This document shows positions 26,569-32,662 of a stretch of DNA of 32,662 nt, piece after piece. The notes beneath the pieces were generated by a model. That model was not told where the DNA came from, ran no database searches, and saw only the letters and a list, made by a program, of their open reading frames with translations. Where the stretch lies: the sequence record SRR22947727_3693, one strand, 5' to 3'. Position numbers and translations under genes: made by a program. Each line of letters starts with the position of its first letter. The first letter of the stretch is position 1.

Positions 26569-27681
26569 TTAATTGTTGGCTTGTTTTGAGGGCGCCTGGT
26601 AGGCCGCAATGTCTGTTTGGCAATTCCTCAGCGCTAGCCCATCACCTTCAACAGCTTTGTACCAGTTCACTGACCGTTCCACTGTGGTTTTGAAATTCCA
26701 ACGCGGTCGCCAACCCAGTTGATTGTGAGCTTTGTCGATTTGTAGGTGCAATTTGCTGGCTTCATGGGGCGCATTCGTTTCGGAGACGTCTTGCCAGCGC
26801 CCGCTCCAATGTTTGGTGATTTCCTCGACGAGTTCCTGCACAGTGCGATTAGCTTCAAGGTTTGGACCAAAATTAAAAGAATCGGCGTAGGTGTTGTTTT
26901 TGAGATCTGTTTCGCTTGCCAGTTGTTCTGCCAGCCGCAGATAACCACTCAGAGGCTCCAACACATGTTGCCAAGGCCGGGTTGCTCCTGGGTTCCGCAC
27001 CCCAATTGTTTCGCCTGCCGCCAGCGCTCGCATCGCATCAGGGACGATTCGATCAGAAGCCCAATCGCCACCGCCGATTACATTGCCGGCCCGCGCAGTC
27101 GCGATCGCTAAATAAGGCGTTTGATGTTTTTTTTCTCCGCAAAAGCTTGCACGCCAACTGGCGATGGCCAATTCAGCTGCAGCCTTGCTGGCGCTGTAAG
27201 GGTCATGTCCGCCGAGTCGGTCGCTTTCGCGATAGCCGTATACCCACTCCTTGTTGATATAAACCTTGTCTGTGGTCACCATCACCACAGCGCATGGTCT
27301 TTGCAAAGGTTTGAGAGCTTCAAGAAGGTTAAGTGAGCCTTGCACGTTGGTGGCCCATGTGCCCAGAGGATCGGTGTAACTTCGTCGCACTAGCGGCTGC
27401 GCTGCTAAGTGCAGAACCACCTCAGGCTTGGAGGCCTCAACGATTGTGGTGACTGTCCGGAAGTCGCGAATATCTGCGATGTGGTGCCTCTGCAACCGGT
27501 CCTCTAGTTGCAGCTGGGTGAATAGGTTCGGTTCGGTGTCAGGTTTCAGTCCAACTCCTGTCACTTTGGCGCCAAGCTCGCTCAGCCATAACCCAAGCCA
27601 GCTACCTTTGAATCCTGTGTGGCCTGTGAGCAATACCTGCTTTCCGCGCCAGAAGTCAGCGCTGATCACTGGACCAGCCAT
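26569..27681 (-). CDS. rfbG: CDP-glucose 4,6-dehydratase
   Basis: FW.GK.VLLTGHTGFKGSWL, HLAAQPLVR.SY, TTDKVY, DPYSASK, RAGNVIGGGDW and RPWQHVLEPL. Start overlaps the rfbF stop. Confidence 0.96.
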   Translation of the reverse strand: MAGPVISADFWRGKQVLLTGHTGFKGSWLGLWLSELGAKVTGVGLKPDTEPNLFTQLQLEDRLQRHHIADIRDFRTVTTIVEASKPEVVLHLAAQPLVRRSYTDPLGTWATNVQGSLNLLEALKPLQRPCAVVMVTTDKVYINKEWVYGYRESDRLGGHDPYSASKAAAELAIASWRASFCGEKKHQTPYLAIATARAGNVIGGGDWASDRIVPDAMRALAAGETIGVRNPGATRPWQHVLEPLSGYLRLAEQLASETDLKNNTYADSFNFGPNLEANRTVQELVEEITKHWSGRWQDVSETNAPHEASKLHLQIDKAHNQLGWRPRWNFKTTVERSVNWYKAVEGDGLALRNCQTDIAAYQAPSKQANN

Positions 27682-28448
27682 CAACGCCACACCTTCCAAG
27701 GGGCTTGGCCCGAGGCCCAGAGCTTTTCGAGTTTTTGGCGGTCACGCAGGGTATCCATGGGATGCCAGAAACTGGTGTGGAGATAGGCGCTGAGCTGGCT
27801 GTTGTTGGCCAGGGTTCTTAGCGGCATTTGTTCCCAAATGCAGTCGTCACCATCGATCAGATCGATCACAGACGGCTCGAGGACAAAATAACCGCCATTC
27901 AGCCACCCACCATCACCATCTGGTTTTTCTTGGAACTGGATGACCTGATTTCCGTCCAAGTTAATAGCCCCATAGCGTCCTGGCGGTTGTACAGCAGTAA
28001 GGGTGGCTTGCCGCCCTTGCATTTGGTGGTGTTTCACTAAGGCATGAATGTTTACATCAGCGACACCGTCGCCATAGGTGAAACAAAACGTGTCGTCCAG
28101 ATAATCGCGAACCCTTGCTAGGCGACCGCCCGTCTGCGTTGTCTCACCGGTATCAATCAGCGTGACTTTCCATGGCTCTGTATTGCGTTTGTGGATCTCC
28201 ATTTGATTGAGATCCAAGTGGAAGGTCACATCACTGGTATGTAGAAAGTAATTGGCGAAGTACTCCTTGATCAAGTAGCCCTTGTAGCCACAGCAAACAA
28301 TGAATTCGTTGATGCCGTATTGGCTATAAGTCTTGAGGATGTGCCAAAGGATGGGCTTGCCACCTATTTCCACCATGGGCTTTGGGCGTAGGTGTGTCTC
28401 TTCGGCCAACCTTGTCCCGAGGCCGCCGGCGAGGATGACGGCTTTCAT
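27681..28448 (-). CDS. rfbF: Glucose-1-phosphate cytidylyltransferase
   Basis: MKAVILAGGLGTRLAEET..RPKPMVEIG, TGGRL, TYGDGV, FW.PMDTLRD and APWKVW. Confidence 0.97.
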   Translation of the reverse strand: MKAVILAGGLGTRLAEETHLRPKPMVEIGGKPILWHILKTYSQYGINEFIVCCGYKGYLIKEYFANYFLHTSDVTFHLDLNQMEIHKRNTEPWKVTLIDTGETTQTGGRLARVRDYLDDTFCFTYGDGVADVNIHALVKHHQMQGRQATLTAVQPPGRYGAINLDGNQVIQFQEKPDGDGGWLNGGYFVLEPSVIDLIDGDDCIWEQMPLRTLANNSQLSAYLHTSFWHPMDTLRDRQKLEKLWASGQAPWKVWR

Positions 28449-28614
28449 GGAATCAGAGCCGTGATGTTGTCGCGACTATACGGTCAGTTGACTTTGGGCG
28501 TTGATCCATAGGAAAGGTGCGTATGAGCGTTCACACCATTGCTCCGCTTGACCCAGGGCCCCTCTGTGTTGCATGCTCTTTAAGTAGCGAGGGCTGCTGC
28601 CCAAGCGTTGACCT

Positions 28615-28686
28615 GCGGATGTAGCTCAGTGGTAGAGCATCTCCTTGCCAAGGAGAGGGTCGAGAGTTCGAATCTCTTCATCCGCT
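28615..28686 (+). tRNA. tRNA-Gly (GCC)
   Basis: Acceptor stem gcggatg/catccgc, D-arm gctcagtggtagagc, anticodon stem tctcc/ggaga with loop ttGCCaa (28647-28649), T-loop ttcgaat. No encoded CCA. Confidence 0.97.
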
Positions 28687-29902
28687 TTTTTCGGTACAGC
28701 CCTTCCGTCGTTCAACCTGCCAGAAGGGTCACTACTACGATTAATAAACATCTTGTTAACAAAATATGTCAGTATCAGTCACATTGGCTGTGCACCGAAG
28801 TCTGAGAAGTCCTGAGGATTGAGGGGGATTGGCTGTTTGACAGGGTTATTTCCACAACTTCCAGCCTATTGAACAGATGAGATCCTCAAGACACTGCGTA
28901 TGCATATGGGAGCCACACCAAGGTGCCAATTGTGATTTGAGGCAGTTTGGCTTCCCAGATGAAAAGAACCTGCTTGCGTGCGCGTATTCCACCGCCAGCG
29001 ATGAGGAGCAGTCTTGCTCATTGATTTCAATGTCAGCGCCTCACTTCAGGCATAGGACCTGCTCTCGCCTTTGGTGTTCATACATTTTTCCACGCTGGCA
29101 TGCTGGGTTTAGTGTCATCAGTGTTCTGGACCGCAGCTGTTTGCCGCCCTCCAGGAGTTCGTTCGTCCGTCCAGCAGCACCAGGTCTAAGCATTTACTCC
29201 TGCTGCCCAATACAACTGGTCCATTGCTGCTGACGATCCGGTCGCGAGGTAGTGCATGGTTATATTTTATGATGACAAGAAATTGAACATTAAGGTGACC
29301 TCCAGATTCACTTCCTAATTGAATTCTGAATCAATTTTCTTGGAGTGATGGAAGTTGCCATTACACTGGATGATGCGCATGCGTTGTGTGCAATAAATTT
29401 CTCGCTTATGCGAATAACCTCAGAATAGCGATCTGTCTCATTGTCCCCGCTGTCTATTATTCCTTAACTATTTCTGATCAGCAGCTCTTGTTGTCTTCTC
29501 TGAGTAAAGCCGAGCTGTTAGAAGAAAACCATTGCTGTAGATGACGATTAGATTATAGATTGACCTTTTGTAGGTGGCTCAGGCCACTGCTCCTACATCA
29601 TCCGCTGCCTCAAGGCTCTGTCTTGGTGTCGTCCGTGTCTACCACTCCCAAGCATGACGAAATAACTCTTCATTTATTGTCCGTTCGAAGCATATTGTTC
29701 AGTTTCTCAGCGATTGCTGATCACGACGTCGATGACTTAAAGCATCCAACTTAGCCGGTTCAGCTTCAGCAGGTTGCCTATAGGCCTTAACTAATGGCTT
29801 TTTCAAAGTTAGAAAAGACCCTTTTGCTAGAGACGGGATTCTCTAAAGAGATAGTGGTCATCGCATGTGCTGACGAACTTTAATATATTGATGACTATGG
29901 AA

Positions 29903-31093
29903 TTACTTATTGAGATGGTTGAGTAAATCATATGCTATTTTTTTTAAGACAGAGTTCCAATCTCTTGGTTGTTCTTGTCGATATATAGTAATGCTTTCGT
30001 ACCAATTTGTTTGTCCTTTGTTGAGTCCCCAGCGCCACTCAGGGATCCAACCTAGAGCAAGCCATGTAGGAACTTTTAAAGCACCTGCTAAATGAACAAC
30101 GCTGCTGTCTGTGCTGATTAATAGGTCGCAATTGGAAAGTACAGCTGCTGTATCAATAAAATTTAATGTTTTATCAAATTCTATTTGGCCTTTGACGAAC
30201 TCTAACTCTTTAAGAAATTTAATCTTGCTTTTACCTTCACCTTTTTGAATAGATATAAATTCAACTCCTTTGATCGTGCCTAATAATCTTAGGTGTATTG
30301 GGTCCATTGAGCGTCCACGTGAATATAAACTTCTTTCGAATTTCGGATTTCCTTGCCAGTGCAGTGCTATTAATTTCTTGCTAGGATCACGCTGTAGCTT
30401 ATTTCTCCATTCTTCAATTTTCTCTGGCATTAAATTAATATATCCTGATCTAAAGGGTATATTTTTACTGTTAATTCCTAAGTGTTTGGGAAGGCTCATT
30501 AATGGACACCAAAGAGAGTCTTCGCATGCAGTGTTTGTAATACTTGTCTTAATGTCGCCGAAATTATTTGACAATCGCAGTAAACTTGCTAGCGACTCTT
30601 GGCAAAAAAGAGTTGTCTTTATTTCATATTTTTTCATGGAGAGTATTAATCTGCAGAACTGAATTGTATCTCCATAGCCTTGCTCGGCGACTATAATTAA
30701 ATTCTTACATCTTCTTTTGTCATTAAATCCCTCCCATGCTTTTCCATATAATTTTTCGTAAATTTCAAAGCTTTGCCTCAGGCGTATGAGCCTATGTTCA
30801 TACAAATGCCATCCTTCTTTGAATTCTTCATTAAGAAGAAGGTCCTGCGCTAGATTATTTATTATCTCATTTTTTGGGGAATTTTGGCATTCAAGACCTC
30901 TGCGATAGCATTTTATTGCTTTTTTTATTTGTTTAGTTTGATGAAATGCAATGCCAAGATTAAACCAGCCAATTCCTTCTTCAGGGATATCTTTTATCCC
31001 TTGTTTGATACATTTAATTGCCTCGTCTGGAGATATCGCAATTTGTTTAGACCCTTTAGTAATCCAATGCCTAGCATTTTTGAATGAATTCAT
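29903..31093 (-). CDS. TPR-containing glycosyltransferase (GT9-like C-terminal domain)
   Basis: N-terminal TPR (WFNLGIAF...A..CY..GL), AEQGYGDTIQF, PLMSLP, DTAAVLSNCDLLISTDSSVVHLAGAL and EWRW. Confidence 0.88.
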   Translation of the reverse strand: MNSFKNARHWITKGSKQIAISPDEAIKCIKQGIKDIPEEGIGWFNLGIAFHQTKQIKKAIKCYRRGLECQNSPKNEIINNLAQDLLLNEEFKEGWHLYEHRLIRLRQSFEIYEKLYGKAWEGFNDKRRCKNLIIVAEQGYGDTIQFCRLILSMKKYEIKTTLFCQESLASLLRLSNNFGDIKTSITNTACEDSLWCPLMSLPKHLGINSKNIPFRSGYINLMPEKIEEWRNKLQRDPSKKLIALHWQGNPKFERSLYSRGRSMDPIHLRLLGTIKGVEFISIQKGEGKSKIKFLKELEFVKGQIEFDKTLNFIDTAAVLSNCDLLISTDSSVVHLAGALKVPTWLALGWIPEWRWGLNKGQTNWYESITIYRQEQPRDWNSVLKKIAYDLLNHLNK

Positions 31094-31645
31094 AATAAAG
31101 CGTTACGAAATTAAATTAATTTGGCCTTATTTAAATTGCATAAGTATATCTTACTGTTTTTGCATGATAATAAGTCTTTTTTGTTTTGTCGATATATGAT
31201 TTGCGTAAAAAAATAATTGAATCATTTCTTTAAGGTTTTGATTTCCAGGAAGGCTATGTATTCTATGTCATGGCTCTGCTTGCAGATTCTTCCTGTAAAA
31301 AATTACATCAGTGTAAATTGCTAATCTTAAATGCAAATATCTGCATTAATATTGTTTACAATTATCAAAGCTTCTATCTCAGGTAAATTTGTTTGCTTAA
31401 TTTCTTCATTGCGCCTTGCTAATCATTGCTACATTGATTAAAGCTTGATGGCATTGAAAATTTTTCTATTAATGCATGGTATTGGTACATACGAAATTCA
31501 ATCACAAAATTCATTCAATAACTAGGGGCCTAGTTACTTTTTTGTGTAAAAGTAATATACGAATATTCTTTTTTAGTGTGAAACGACAATACTATTGCAA
31601 TTTTTACTCAAATGCTCCATGATCTATTCATAGAATCTTTAATCT

Positions 31646-32662
31646 ATGAAGCTGCTGGTCGTTACTAATCTGTATCCTCCCCAAGAGTTAGGCGGCTATG
31701 GCAGGTGTATATCGGACTTTGTATGGGGATTAATGCAGCTTGGCCATACCATTCAGGTGGTTTGTAGTGATGCTCCATACTTGGCATCTTCGGATTCATA
31801 TGGTCCTAGTGGCGAATCTGTTTCAAGAACACTTGCTCTTAAAGGTTCTTTTAATAATGGAGTTTCGATTTTCCAAGATCCTAAACTATGTCAGGCTATT
31901 GATAAGACTAATTCTTCAGTTTTAGCTTCCTTTGCTTGCCAATCTTGGGACGGATTGATTGTTGGCAATCTTGATCTTTTAGGCCATGAGATATTTCCCT
32001 ATTTGTTTGCATTTAATCGCCAGATTTTGCATCATGTAGGTTTCATTTCCCCTCCGTTCCCTTCTTCCTGTTATCCAGTACACCCTAACTATCTATTGAT
32101 TTCTGCTAGTAGAGCAGTTCGCTCTAGCTTATGTGAGGCTAATTTTCCTGTTCATGATTCTCCTGTTGTCTATCCAGGAGTTCGTTTAGAATATTTGAAT
32201 CAAGCCAACAATGGCTTGTCTCCATCTTTACAGTTTGCTTTATCAAATGTTCGCTCTGGTTTTGCATTAGGGTCCCCATCAAATCCATTGAAAATTGGCT
32301 TTGCCGGGCTATTAATGGCTAGTAAAGGTGCTCATACCTTGGTTCAATCTATTATAAAGTTAAATCAAAAAGGGATTGCAATTCAAGCAAATTTTGCTGG
32401 TTCAGATTTCCAATCTGGTTATCGTGATGTTATGAGTCGTATGCTTACTGAAGAACAACTATCAGGTAATGTCAAATTTGTTGGTCATCTAAATAGACAT
32501 CAACTACTTCGTTTTTGGTCTCTTCATCATGTCGGAGTCTTCCCATCTATTCATCCTGAAGCCTTTGGGATTTCTGCTGCAGAGGTCATGGCTGCTGGCT
32601 TGGTTTTGTTGTCTTCTGGAGTTGGAGGTTCTTGTGAGATGTTTGATCATAAGGTAAGTGGT
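31646..32662 (+). CDS. Glycosyltransferase family 4, 3'-truncated (absent from the ORF track because it has no stop)
   Basis: Manual translation gives 339 open codons: MKLLVVTNLYPPQELGGYG ... FAGLLMASKG ... FPSIHPEAFGISAAEVMAAGLVLLSSGVGGSCEMFDHKVSG, with the ExFG...E motif of GT4. Confidence 0.92.
   Translation, partial: MKLLVVTNLYPPQELGGYGRCISDFVWGLMQLGHTIQVVCSDAPYLASSDSYGPSGESVSRTLALKGSFNNGVSIFQDPKLCQAIDKTNSSVLASFACQSWDGLIVGNLDLLGHEIFPYLFAFNRQILHHVGFISPPFPSSCYPVHPNYLLISASRAVRSSLCEANFPVHDSPVVYPGVRLEYLNQANNGLSPSLQFALSNVRSGFALGSPSNPLKIGFAGLLMASKGAHTLVQSIIKLNQKGIAIQANFAGSDFQSGYRDVMSRMLTEEQLSGNVKFVGHLNRHQLLRFWSLHHVGVFPSIHPEAFGISAAEVMAAGLVLLSSGVGGSCEMFDHKVSG
32633..32662. repeat. Terminal direct repeat, right copy
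   Basis: Identical to bases 1-30. Confidence 0.97.

Noticed and set aside
27101-27108. HIP1 octamer GCGATCGC
   Set aside because: Only one copy noticed, so there is no enrichment. At most consistent with a HIP1-poor lineage.
18604-27134. A/T homopolymers of 7-8 nt (e.g. 18604-18610, 20339-20346, 27127-27134) as phase-variation tracts
   Set aside because: Short A/T runs like these are common by chance (especially in the AT-rich core), and these sit within domains with no special positioning.
28608-28805. 65-aa ORF
   Set aside because: Overlaps tRNA-Gly and is spurious.
28877-29754. ORFs 28877-29233 and 29560-29754, and faint minus-strand fragments (DLVLLD, LLIAGGG)
   Set aside because: Atypical Cys/Ser-rich composition and no sustained similarity that I can recognise. 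Too short to support a call.
134-31925. The many short overlapping or antisense ORFs in the supplied track (e.g. 1809-2273, 6683-7135, 15882-16337, 26166-26693, 30270-30662, 31740-31925)
   Set aside because: They shadow well-supported genes and show no recognisable motifs.
1-32662. Interpretation as a complete phage or plasmid genome because of the terminal repeat
   Set aside because: No replication, partition, packaging, structural or recombinase genes are present. Content is chromosomal glycan-island genes, and both genes at the join are broken.

Overview
A 32.7 kb surface-glycan biosynthesis island. The source is probably a marine picocyanobacterium (Synechococcus-like); this is inferred from gene content, the insertion-bearing RfbH, a tRNA without encoded CCA and GC-rich native flanks, and is not proven. 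From left to right: (1) a pseudaminic-acid block with a 5'-truncated pseF, a PIG-L deacetylase, a PseG-GNAT-formyltransferase triple fusion, a second formyltransferase and pseI; (2) an AT-rich accessory core with a third formyltransferase, a WbuX/HisH/HisF-type amidotransferase trio, a 2OG-Fe(II)-type oxygenase, several divergent glycosyltransferases, SDR epimerases, a soluble CapD/PglF-like dehydratase, gmd, an FkbM methyltransferase and an acyltransferase; (3) a minus-strand operon rfbF-rfbG-rfbH plus split transketolase, SDR reductase and GT10/GT61 transferases, probably making a branched 3,6-dideoxy sugar; (4) tRNA-Gly(GCC), about 1.2 kb of apparently non-coding DNA, a TPR-GT9 gene and a 3'-truncated GT4 gene. 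Two features stand out. The first and last 30 bases are identical and form a chimeric GT4/pseF junction (circle, tandem amplification or assembly artefact). A C9 homopolymer lies exactly in the linker before the formyltransferase domain of the PseG fusion, a candidate domain-level phase-variation switch. No integrase, transposase, replication gene, phage gene or CRISPR array was seen.
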